Below are positions 51,774 through 60,147 of a stretch of DNA of 64,000 nt, piece by piece. Position 1 is the first letter of the stretch. The number at the start of each line of letters is the position of its first letter. This stretch comes from Phycisphaerae bacterium. Its GTDB lineage: Bacteria; Planctomycetota; Phycisphaerae; UBA1845; Fen-1342. The position numbers and the translations under genes were made by a program. The notes under the pieces were generated by a model that worked only from the letters and a program-made list of their open reading frames with translations, did not search any database and was not told the DNA's origin. The stretch spans positions 811,655 through 875,654 of the forward strand of contig CAXXWX010000026.1 in the NCBI GenBank assembly GCA_963675745.2. The letters are read 5' to 3'.

Positions 51774-52349
51774 TCAGCCTGCTGACGCTGGCGTCAGCCG
51801 CCACAGCCATTCTCGATTGCCGCCTTGGCCGCGGATTGGGCTTTCGATTTCGCCGGCGATTTGCCAGCCGAGGTCGAGCACGTCCTGGCGGCAGGTGGCG
51901 AGCACTGACGGGAGGTGTTCGTCGGGGAGGACGCCTTTGCTGAGCTGGTCCTTGGCCGCTTCGTATTGGGGCTTGATCAGCGTTACGACGACGCCGGCGG
52001 GTTTCAGACAGCGCCGGGCGGCGGGGAGGATCAGGCGTTGGGGGGTCCAGCCGACGTCGATGCTGACCAGGTCGCAGGGCTCGGGGGCGGTCCAGGCAAG
52101 CGCGTTGGTGCGCTCGCAGACCACCACGCGCTGGTCTTTGCGCAGCGCGTAATCCAGCACGCCATAACCCGGATCGACGGCGTAGACGCGCGCGGCGCCG
52201 TTTTGCAACAGGCAGTCGACAAACCCGCCGGCGTGGCTGCCGAAGTCGGCGCAGATCCAGCCGGTGGGATCGAGCGCGAAAGCCTCCAATGCCGCCGACA
52301 GCTTTGTGCCGCCGCGTGAGACGTGCCGTCGCGGGTTGGAGGGGGACAT
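51774..52349 (-). CDS. TlyA/FtsJ-like SAM-dependent methyltransferase without the S4 domain
   Basis: VSRGGTKL..AL..F, DFGSHAGGFVDCLLQNGAARVYAVD, ERTNA, LIKPQYEA, ESPIRGQGGNREWL. Confidence 0.85.
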   Translation of the reverse strand: MSPSNPRRHVSRGGTKLSAALEAFALDPTGWICADFGSHAGGFVDCLLQNGAARVYAVDPGYGVLDYALRKDQRVVVCERTNALAWTAPEPCDLVSIDVGWTPQRLILPAARRCLKPAGVVVTLIKPQYEAAKDQLSKGVLPDEHLPSVLATCRQDVLDLGWQIAGEIESPIRGQGGNREWLWRLTPASAG

Positions 52350-52368
52350 GCCAGATGCTCCGAATGTG

Positions 52369-52529
52369 CGTAAAGCGGTCAGCCGTCAGCTTTCAGCGAT
52401 CAGCTTTCAGCCAATGCGGCGTCCGCTCGATTACGCCGAGTCTGCTGTACGCCGGCCGCCAACAGCCGACCGCTGTAAGCTGATAGCTGACTGCTGACGG
52501 CTGACCGCTGACCGCTGACCGCCTTTACG
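52369..52529. repeat. Inverted heptamer repeat arms: 5 x NNTCAGC / about 8 x GCTGANN, with matching unique ends
   Basis: cgtaaagc ggtcagc cgtcagc tttcagc gatcagc tttcagc ... gccgacc gctgtaa gctgata gctgact gctgacg gctgacc gctgacc gctgacc gc ctttacg. Confidence 0.9.
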
Positions 52530-52595
52530 GCACCGATGCGTCTGCCTACAGTCTCTCACGGAACACCGACATTGTGAAGACCGCGACCGAGAGTG

Positions 52596-54551
52596 ATGCG
52601 TCCCAATCTTTCCGACGATCGCCGACTGCCCGACTGGCTGGTCCAGAATCGCAACTTCGTGCTGCTCTGGGCGGCCTACGGCATCGCCGCCGTCGGCGAC
52701 CACCTCAGCGAAATGGCCCTGCTGGTCGAACGCGATGCGCTGGGCGGCGATCGCTCGGTGCGCATAGCGGCGTTGCTGTCATTCGGCTTTTTCCTACCGT
52801 TCGTGGTATTCGGGCCGATCGCTGGCTGGTGGGCCGATCGCTTCAGCCGCAAAACAACGATGATCGCCGCCGACCTGATGCGCGCCGGCGTCGTGATCAG
52901 CTTCATTGTGGTCGTGCCGTGGCTGGCAACCCGCTTCGGCGAGGGCCCCAGCGGCGATTACTCCGTCATGCTGCCGTTGATGGGTATCGGTTTGATCGCG
53001 GCGTTTTTCTCACCCGCCCGACAAGCCATGTTGCCCACGCTCATCCGCCAGGACCAGCTCGTGCGCGCCAATGCGATGATCAGCGCGCTCGGAACGATCG
53101 GCGGCATCCTCGGATTCACCATCGGCGGCTATATCGTGGCGCGCGGCACGGTTCACGCGGTCCGTTGGAATTACATGATCAACGCGCTGACTTACGCCAC
53201 CAGCGCCGTGCTCATCTTCAGCATCTTCCCTCCCCGGCGGCAACACAACGCTCCAACCGAACAGTCCGGCATGCTCCAGCCGTTGATCGAAGGCTTCCGC
53301 TACGTCGGCTGCCACCGGCGCGTGCTTCAGATGATCCTGCTGGGCTCGTTGTTCTGGGGCGCGGCCGGCGTGGTCATCGCGTGCGTACCTGACATCGTGA
53401 AGGAGATTTTCGGCGGCGGGTATCAGGACATCGGCACTTATCGCGGCATAATCATCATCGGACTCGCCACCGGGGCCGCCGTGCTCACGGTGCTCGGCGC
53501 GTCGATCCCCCTCCCGCTCGCGGTCCTGCTCGGTCTACTCGGCGCGACCTTCTGGCTCACAGTGCTCGACATCACGTACATCGCCAAGCTCGGGCGCTTG
53601 CTCACCGCGATCTGTCTGTTCGGCCTGGGCGGTGCGGGAGCGACTCTGCTGGTGACCGTGATGGCGACTATCCAGCGTTTCGTGCCGAACCAGCGCCGAG
53701 GCCGTGTCTTCGGCGTCAGTGACACGTGCACGATGGGCGCGATGGTCGCCGCCTCCGCCGCACTCGGATTGCCCAGTATCCCGCACCTTGACTATTACGT
53801 GCCCTACCTCATCGGCGGGACGGCGCTGGCGTTTGCCGTTGGCGTCGTCGTTGCGTGGCGCATATACCGCCGCACCGATCCTCACCCGCGCGTGCTATCG
53901 ACGGTGTGGCGTTTCGTGGAGCTATACGGGCGCTTCTGGTGTGGGGTGAAGCGGGCCGGGCCCTGCACGATTCCGCGCGAGGGGCCGGTGATACTGGCGT
54001 GCAATCACACCGCCGGCGTGGACCCGATTGCGGTTTTCGCATCGTACCGCCACCGCGTTGTCAGTTTTCTGGTCGAGCGCACGTATTACAACAAGCCGGT
54101 GGCCAACTGGTTCATGCGGCTGGTGCGTTGTGTACCGATCGACCGTGAAAACCCGGGCCGGTCATTCATGACCAGTTGTCTGCGTATACTGGAAGATGGC
54201 GGCTGTGTCGGCATTTTCCCACAGGGCACATACGCCCCGCCGGAGGAACCCGAGCCGGCTCCGCTGCCCGGTGTCGGCGCGTTGGCGCTGCGCTCGGGCG
54301 CCGCCGTGATTCCCTGTCACATCAGCGGAACGACATATGCGCACCACCCGCTGCGCTCCTATTTCAAGCGGCACCGAATCCGCATTCGCTATGGCCGGCC
54401 CGTCGATCTCGGGGCGTTTGCCGGTCGTGAGAAAGACCCGTCGGCGCCGCAGGCGGTCGCCGACCTGATCATGCGGGAAATCAGGGCCCTGGCACCATCG
54501 GACGGCGCGACTGACGATTCCGACTCCACTTGCCGGGAGCCGGGGACGTGA
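52596..54551 (+). CDS. MFS transporter fused to a PlsC-type acyltransferase
   Basis: MFS motif AGWWADRFSRK and ~12 TM helices; C-terminal NHTAGVD (HxxxxD), FPQGT, PGVG.LA, IRYGRP. Confidence 0.85.
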   Translation: MRPNLSDDRRLPDWLVQNRNFVLLWAAYGIAAVGDHLSEMALLVERDALGGDRSVRIAALLSFGFFLPFVVFGPIAGWWADRFSRKTTMIAADLMRAGVVISFIVVVPWLATRFGEGPSGDYSVMLPLMGIGLIAAFFSPARQAMLPTLIRQDQLVRANAMISALGTIGGILGFTIGGYIVARGTVHAVRWNYMINALTYATSAVLIFSIFPPRRQHNAPTEQSGMLQPLIEGFRYVGCHRRVLQMILLGSLFWGAAGVVIACVPDIVKEIFGGGYQDIGTYRGIIIIGLATGAAVLTVLGASIPLPLAVLLGLLGATFWLTVLDITYIAKLGRLLTAICLFGLGGAGATLLVTVMATIQRFVPNQRRGRVFGVSDTCTMGAMVAASAALGLPSIPHLDYYVPYLIGGTALAFAVGVVVAWRIYRRTDPHPRVLSTVWRFVELYGRFWCGVKRAGPCTIPREGPVILACNHTAGVDPIAVFASYRHRVVSFLVERTYYNKPVANWFMRLVRCVPIDRENPGRSFMTSCLRILEDGGCVGIFPQGTYAPPEEPEPAPLPGVGALALRSGAAVIPCHISGTTYAHHPLRSYFKRHRIRIRYGRPVDLGAFAGREKDPSAPQAVADLIMREIRALAPSDGATDDSDSTCREPGT

Positions 54552-56575
54552 CCACCGGGCGCCCCAGCGGCGCGCTGTCAGCCCGCCAGCGCCGGTTGCA
54601 CTTGATCGTCGCCGGCGTACTGCTGCTGCTGACCGGCGTGCTGGCGATTACCTCGCTCGTCACCGATAGCATCACGTTTGACGAAACGGCTCATCTGACG
54701 ACGGCGGTCAGCCAGATGAAGACCGGCGATTTCCGCCTGGCCCCCGATCATCCGCCGCTGGGCAAGCTTATCGTGATGTGGCCGGCGCTGCTCATCGAGA
54801 ATACCTGGGTGCCGCGTGACGACCCGGCGTGGGTCGCCGGCGACGTTTTCGCGGTGGGTCGCGCATGGCTGTTCGAATTGAACGACAATGGGCAGCGGCT
54901 GGTCGTGGCCGCGCGCTGCATGATGGTCGTTTTGCTGTTGGCCACCTGTCTGGCAGTCTATGTGGCGGCGCGGTCGCTCTTTGGTCCGGCGGCCGGCCTG
55001 CTGGCCCTGGCGCTGGCGTCGCTCAGCCCGTCGCTGCTCGCGCATGGCCGCCTGACCACGACCGATCTGCCGATTACGTTGTTCATGCTGCTGACGCTGC
55101 TAGCGTTTGGGCACTTGGCGCGCCGGGTCACGTGGATGCGCACGCTCGCCGCCGCCGCGGCCATCACCGCCGCCGCTCTGACCAAGTTCTCCTGGCCGCT
55201 GATGATTCCGGCGCTCGTGGCGATGGCACTCATGTACGTGCTCGGCCGGCGCCGCGGGGACACGGCTGTAGCGGCCCGCGCCTCGCAGGCCGGGGATGAA
55301 AACCAACGGTCTCGGCGCTCGGCGTCCGGCGAGGCGCCGGCCGTTACACCTGCTCCCGACGGCGACTCTGGTCGCGACACTTCACCGGCGGAAGCGGCAC
55401 TCGCGTCCTCGTGCGTCGGGCGTCTTGTCGGCGTGCTTGGCGCCGCGCTGTTGATCGTTTTGATCGGCTGGCTGGGGATCTGGACGTGTTATGGCTGGCG
55501 CGCCACGGTTGTCGCGCCGCCGATGGCCGGCGGCAGTGCGGAAGATCGGCTGCTGTGCGAGCAGGCCAACGAAATCGTAAACCGCAAGTACTTCGCCGCC
55601 ATGCACAACCCCGACGGCAGCGCGCGTGGCGGAATGCTGCCGGGTATCCTGCGTTTCGCCGCCGTGAATCAACTCCTGCCCGACGCCTATCTGCTCGGCC
55701 TGGCGACCACGCTGCAACTGTCGAGCGCGCGGCACGCGTATCTGCTGGGCGAGTACTCCGACGTCGGTTGGCGCGCATACTTCCCGATCGCACTCGGCAT
55801 CAAGACGCCCGTGCCGATGCTGGTATTGCTCGCCGCGGGCGGCGTTGCCCTGGTGCTGCGTCAGGCACACATCCGCCACGCACCGCTGTTTGTTGGATTG
55901 CTCATCTTCTTCGCGATCTATGCGGGCTACCTGGTCAACAGCCGTTTGAACATCGGCCACCGCCACCTGCTGCCGCTGTATCCAGTGATTATCGTCTTTG
56001 CCAGCGCCACGGCCTGCTGGCTAGCGCGGCGTGTGGGCCGCTGGCTCATCGGCGGGGCCGTTGTATGGCTGCTGCTGGCGAACCTGTGGATTCACCCGCA
56101 TTACATCAGCTACTTCAATGTGCTGGTCGGCGGCCCGTCGCGCGGGCACTTGTACCTGGCCGACAGCAACATCGACTGGGGTCAGGACCTGCTCCGCCTG
56201 GCCGATTACGCCGAGCGACACCCCGACCAGCCGATCAAGCTCGCGTATTTCGGCAGCGCCATCCCGACGGCTTATCTCGATTGCGAATCGCTGCCCAGCT
56301 ACTTCGACTTCAAGCCGCGCGCCGCGCTGACCGCCGGCACGTACGTGGTCAGCGCGACGCAGTTGCTGGGTGTGTACGATGAGTCGGTGCGTGACGGGTT
56401 CTGGACCAATCGCCGGCGGCAGGCAGACGGGCCAATCGACGACTTGCGTTATGCCCGGCTTATCAATCGACTGCGGCACCGACCACCGGACGAGCGCATC
56501 GGCTATTCGCTCTTTGTATACCGCCTGAGTGACGAGGAAGTGGAGCAACTCGCCCAACTGCCGACCGCGCCATAG
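54548..56575 (+). CDS. GT-C membrane glycosyltransferase (ArnT/PMT-like, GT39/83)
   Basis: SITFDETAHL, DHPPLGK, LAHGRLTTTD, TKFS, NIGHRHLLP, DSNIDWGQDL; GTGA overlap with the MFS gene. Confidence 0.82.
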   Translation: MTTGRPSGALSARQRRLHLIVAGVLLLLTGVLAITSLVTDSITFDETAHLTTAVSQMKTGDFRLAPDHPPLGKLIVMWPALLIENTWVPRDDPAWVAGDVFAVGRAWLFELNDNGQRLVVAARCMMVVLLLATCLAVYVAARSLFGPAAGLLALALASLSPSLLAHGRLTTTDLPITLFMLLTLLAFGHLARRVTWMRTLAAAAAITAAALTKFSWPLMIPALVAMALMYVLGRRRGDTAVAARASQAGDENQRSRRSASGEAPAVTPAPDGDSGRDTSPAEAALASSCVGRLVGVLGAALLIVLIGWLGIWTCYGWRATVVAPPMAGGSAEDRLLCEQANEIVNRKYFAAMHNPDGSARGGMLPGILRFAAVNQLLPDAYLLGLATTLQLSSARHAYLLGEYSDVGWRAYFPIALGIKTPVPMLVLLAAGGVALVLRQAHIRHAPLFVGLLIFFAIYAGYLVNSRLNIGHRHLLPLYPVIIVFASATACWLARRVGRWLIGGAVVWLLLANLWIHPHYISYFNVLVGGPSRGHLYLADSNIDWGQDLLRLADYAERHPDQPIKLAYFGSAIPTAYLDCESLPSYFDFKPRAALTAGTYVVSATQLLGVYDESVRDGFWTNRRRQADGPIDDLRYARLINRLRHRPPDERIGYSLFVYRLSDEEVEQLAQLPTAP

Positions 56576-56608
56576 CCTCGGGACCGCTGCGTCCGCGCGC
56601 GGCCGGTT

Positions 56609-57244
56609 TTATTCACAACGCCGCTTTCCGCGCGGGCCGCTCACAAACGGATTGCCAGCCACGAAGAACCGCAATGGCATTTCCCGCGCCGACGTCACAC
56701 CGATCCGGGGTGATACGCCGATGTCCGCTTGCGGCAGCGGTGGATTCTCACCGGCGCAGATCCACAACCGCTCGCCATGCGTCAGATCCCACCCGTCGAG
56801 GGCGCGGTTGACGCCGAACGCCTCGCACAGCCGCGCCGGACCGCGTGTGAGATCAGTGCGCCTGTCGGTTCGCCGGCGCCGTGCCATCAGATCCGCACTG
56901 TCGATTGGCTCAACGGCCCGAATCAGCACGGCGCTCGCGACTCCTTCATCCTCGGTGACGGCGTTGAGACACCAGTGGGCATGGATTGAATATACGTAAG
57001 CATGGCCGGCGGGGCCGAACATGCTCGCGTTGCGGCGTGTCCGCCCGCGGGCGCCATGACACGCGGAGTCCCCTTGTGCCAGGTACGCCTCGACCTCGAC
57101 GACACGTCCTGTCAGGCGCCGGCGATCGGACTCGCGTACGAGCAGTTTGCCAAGCAGCTCGCGCGCCACGACGACCACGTCGCGCGCATAGAACTCGCGT
57201 GGTAACGGTGCATCGGGCTGACTGGTGCCGGTTGACGTGAACAT
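56609..57244 (-). CDS. DNA-3-methyladenine glycosylase (MPG/AAG family)
   Basis: FYARDVVVVARELLGK, EVEAY, MFGPAGHAYVY, AVLIRAVEP, GPARLC, RIGV. Start approximate. Confidence 0.92.
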   Translation of the reverse strand: MFTSTGTSQPDAPLPREFYARDVVVVARELLGKLLVRESDRRRLTGRVVEVEAYLAQGDSACHGARGRTRRNASMFGPAGHAYVYSIHAHWCLNAVTEDEGVASAVLIRAVEPIDSADLMARRRRTDRRTDLTRGPARLCEAFGVNRALDGWDLTHGERLWICAGENPPLPQADIGVSPRIGVTSAREMPLRFFVAGNPFVSGPRGKRRCE

Positions 57245-57417
57245 ACACACAAACCCTGACCTCACGCTGTCGGCGTCGTGGAATAGTAACATACGCTGTG
57301 GCATGTTAACCTACGCGCCGCACTGTTCGACACAGACGGCGTCGCACACGGCGCACCTTTCGTTCTTGTCGCGAGTCTACCGTACATGGCAACCAACACT
57401 CAAAGGAGGCTCTGACC

Positions 57418-57993
57418 ATGGCTTACCAACGCATCATCAGCATCGGCACCATCGCAATCCTGGCCGCCGCGCTCGGCGGCTGTCAGCAGGCCAAAGTCGA
57501 CATGTCCGAGATGATGGAAATGCCGCAGCGCCCCGCGGAGCTTGACCAGCTCGCCCAGTTTGTCGGCGACTGGGAGGGTTCGGCAACCATGACCATGCCG
57601 GGCATGGAAGGAACATCGGAAAGCAGCGGCGTCGAATCCGTCGCCTGGGAAGCGGACAAATGGGCGGTCCTGTCGCGGTACACATACCAAACCGACGACG
57701 GCGATATGCTCGGCGTGAGCATCATGTATTGGGATCCGCAGGCCAAGTGCTTCCGCTCAACGATGGTCGACAACATGGGCAACGTCGGCGAGGGCACGTC
57801 AACCTACGACGAAGCGACGAAGACCTGGCGCATGAAGGGCGAAGGCCGCAACCTCTTCAGCAACCAGCGCACAAAGGGCGAAGGCTCGGTGAAGTTCATC
57901 GACGCCGGCACGCAGGAATGGGAATGGACGGAGTGGGACGCCAAGAAGCACCAGGAGCTGATGAGCTTCACGGGTAGCAGTCACAGGAAGTAA
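57418..57993 (+). CDS. DUF1579-like lipoprotein
   Basis: AAGGAGG RBS, LGGC lipobox, ELDQLAQFVGDWEG, YWDPQAK.F....DNMG. Confidence 0.7.
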   Translation: MAYQRIISIGTIAILAAALGGCQQAKVDMSEMMEMPQRPAELDQLAQFVGDWEGSATMTMPGMEGTSESSGVESVAWEADKWAVLSRYTYQTDDGDMLGVSIMYWDPQAKCFRSTMVDNMGNVGEGTSTYDEATKTWRMKGEGRNLFSNQRTKGEGSVKFIDAGTQEWEWTEWDAKKHQELMSFTGSSHRK

Positions 57994-58019
57994 GCGCCGG
58001 ACGGCGGCACTTGGACAAG

Positions 58020-58057
58020 AACACCGTCGGGCCCGTAGACCCGACGGTGTTTTGTTT
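58020..58057 (+). terminator. Rho-independent terminator
   Basis: AACACCGTCGGG-N8-CCCGACGGTGTT followed by TTGTTT, between convergent genes. Confidence 0.75.
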
Positions 58058-58082
58058 GCGCTGCATCTGCTTCGGATCGGCG

Positions 58083-59624
58083 TTAGTCGGCGTTCAGGAC
58101 TACGTTGTCCAGGCCGCCGGTATCCGCGCCGGAGATGTACTCGCCGCGGATCTGCAAGTCCTCGAGCGCGCCCAGGACGGTGCGAATGTCATCCTCCGTC
58201 GCCGCCGTGTTGGTCCCACCATAGCTGCCCACGCGCCAATCCTCGGACGTGTCGAGCATGATCGAGTAGGACGTCCAATCCGTGCCGGGGTTGGCGAGGC
58301 TGTCCAGCCAGATGGTGGTCCCGCCGCCGGTAAGGATCACGTCCCGATTATCAAACTGACTGTGCGTGCCGGATTGCTTGAGATCGAACGTGAGCGCCTG
58401 GCCATAGGCGTTGCTGAAGTTGCCGTAGTAGTTGACGGAAGCCTGCCAGTACCACGTGCCACCCTGGACGTCGTCGTCCGCGGAGAGCGCCCCGCCGGGG
58501 TTTCCACCGGAAGACAGCCAGTCCGGCTTGCCGGTTCCGTGCTCGACATCTCCGGTGACTCTCCAGGCATCGTCGCTGCTGTCGAAGGTGCTGGTGGCCG
58601 TGCCCTTGGGTGTTGTGGTATCGACGCCGTCGGTGTCCTCGGCGAAGAACACGGTGATCAGCTTGTCGTCGTCCATCGTGACCTGGATAGTCAGGTCGGT
58701 GCCGTTCCAGTTTGTGTCGCCGCCCCAGCCGTCAAACACGTATCCGCGCGCCGGCACCGCGGTGAGCGTGACCACGTCGTCGGTCGCGTACGCCCCGTTC
58801 TCGCCGGGCGGCGGGCTCGCGTTCACGGAGCCGTCGCCGGTAATCACGCTGATAGTCAGCGTGTGCGGCGTGTCGAATATGGCGTAGACGAGCTTGTCGC
58901 TATCCATGGTCACAGTTGTGCTCAGCGCCGAACCCGAAGCATCACCCTCCCAGCGGATAAACACATAGCTGGTGCCTTCGTCGGCGGTGGCAGTGAGGGT
59001 GACCTCGGTGCCCGTGGCGTATACGCCACCCGGCGGCGCTAGCGCCACGGTGCCGCCGCCGACCGCGCGCACGCTCAAGGTCGGCTGATCTGACTCAAAA
59101 ACAGCGCTGACGGTCTTGTCATCGTCCATCGTGACGTCGATGGTCTCCGAAGTGGATGCACTGTCCCCCTCCCAGCGGACAAAGTGTGAGCCTTGCGCCG
59201 GTGTCGCGGTGAGGGTAACCGTATCGCCATAGTCATAAATACCGCCCGTGACGTCGACCGAGCCATCGCCCTGCGTGGACACGGTGAGCGTGTACTGATC
59301 CCGCTCAAAGATCGCCCCGACGGTGCGATTACTGTCCATCACGATCGTGTACACGTTGCCGGCGGCCGTGCCCAATCCGGCCCAGTCCGCCAGATGCCAG
59401 CCCGGGTCCGCGGTGGCGGTCAGCGTTACGGTGGTTCCCGCCTCGTGTCGGCCACTGCCGGGCGCAACGGTGCCGCTGCCGATTGCGTCGACGGTCAGGT
59501 AATACCCGTAGTCTTCAGTTGGGCAGCCGCACAGCAAAGGCGTAGCCGCGAGTCCCAGTGCCAGCAGGAGTCTCGGCACAACGCAACCGACGGAACAGGA
59601 GCCGTGAGGGGTGTGGGATTGCAT
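58083..59624 (-). CDS. Surface lipoprotein with four InlB-B/Flg_new-like repeats and a C-terminal laminin B (IV)-like domain
   Basis: LCGC lipobox; 4 x (LTV...G.G.V...Y..G..VTLTA.P..G..F..W.GD...VTMD.DK.V.A.F); YYGNFSNAYGQALTFDL, DVILTGG, LGALEDLQIRGEY, LDNVVL; AAGGAG RBS. Confidence 0.8.
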   Translation of the reverse strand: MQSHTPHGSCSVGCVVPRLLLALGLAATPLLCGCPTEDYGYYLTVDAIGSGTVAPGSGRHEAGTTVTLTATADPGWHLADWAGLGTAAGNVYTIVMDSNRTVGAIFERDQYTLTVSTQGDGSVDVTGGIYDYGDTVTLTATPAQGSHFVRWEGDSASTSETIDVTMDDDKTVSAVFESDQPTLSVRAVGGGTVALAPPGGVYATGTEVTLTATADEGTSYVFIRWEGDASGSALSTTVTMDSDKLVYAIFDTPHTLTISVITGDGSVNASPPPGENGAYATDDVVTLTAVPARGYVFDGWGGDTNWNGTDLTIQVTMDDDKLITVFFAEDTDGVDTTTPKGTATSTFDSSDDAWRVTGDVEHGTGKPDWLSSGGNPGGALSADDDVQGGTWYWQASVNYYGNFSNAYGQALTFDLKQSGTHSQFDNRDVILTGGGTTIWLDSLANPGTDWTSYSIMLDTSEDWRVGSYGGTNTAATEDDIRTVLGALEDLQIRGEYISGADTGGLDNVVLNAD

Positions 59625-59807
59625 GACGATCTCCTTGTGTTGATGCACACCAGACGCAGACCGGTGCGCTTTGACATGACCACGAGCGCCTCTCCAACCA
59701 ATGGCGGTCAAAACAGCCCGCGATGACTCAAATGCGCCCGCCCCAATCGGTCAGCCTAAATCACCAGGCTACGGCAATCAAGCCAAACCAACGCCCCCAG
59801 TAAACCC

Positions 59808-59842
59808 GTTCCCTGTTCCCCGTTCCCTGTTCCCTGTTCCCT
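59808..59842. repeat. Heptamer tandem repeat, 5 x GTTCCCY
   Basis: gttccct gttcccc gttccct gttccct gttccct; same family as 42368-42447. Confidence 0.9.
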
Positions 59843-60147
59843 TTATCCCCACTCCTCCCCATTGACCCCCGCCACATAATGCCGCAGACGATGCACCGAC
59901 GACGGCCGCGTGGTGCTGCGGGCGGCCGAAAGCGGGCGGCGGCGCTTGTTGAGCGAGCAACGCGTCGCCTATCATGCCTGCGGCCATGTGATCAGCTCCC
60001 TGCCGACACCTGGTATTCACCCCCCGTGGAGTCGTACGGGAAGTGGGTGCCTTGGCGGCGTACACAGCAACCGTGCCGACTCATGGCGTGGCGGCAAGGC
60101 AGCCTTGGAAAAATCAAGACGCCCTTTGCTGGCGAGGAGAACGGCTG

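Noticed and set aside
51697..52152. 151-aa + strand ORF running through IR3
   Set aside because: Antisense shadow of the TlyA-like gene, with no recognisable motifs.
59880..60130. Structured RNA or small ORF upstream of the large secreted protein
   Set aside because: Only weak GC hairpins and motif-less ORFs; cannot be supported without covariance analysis.
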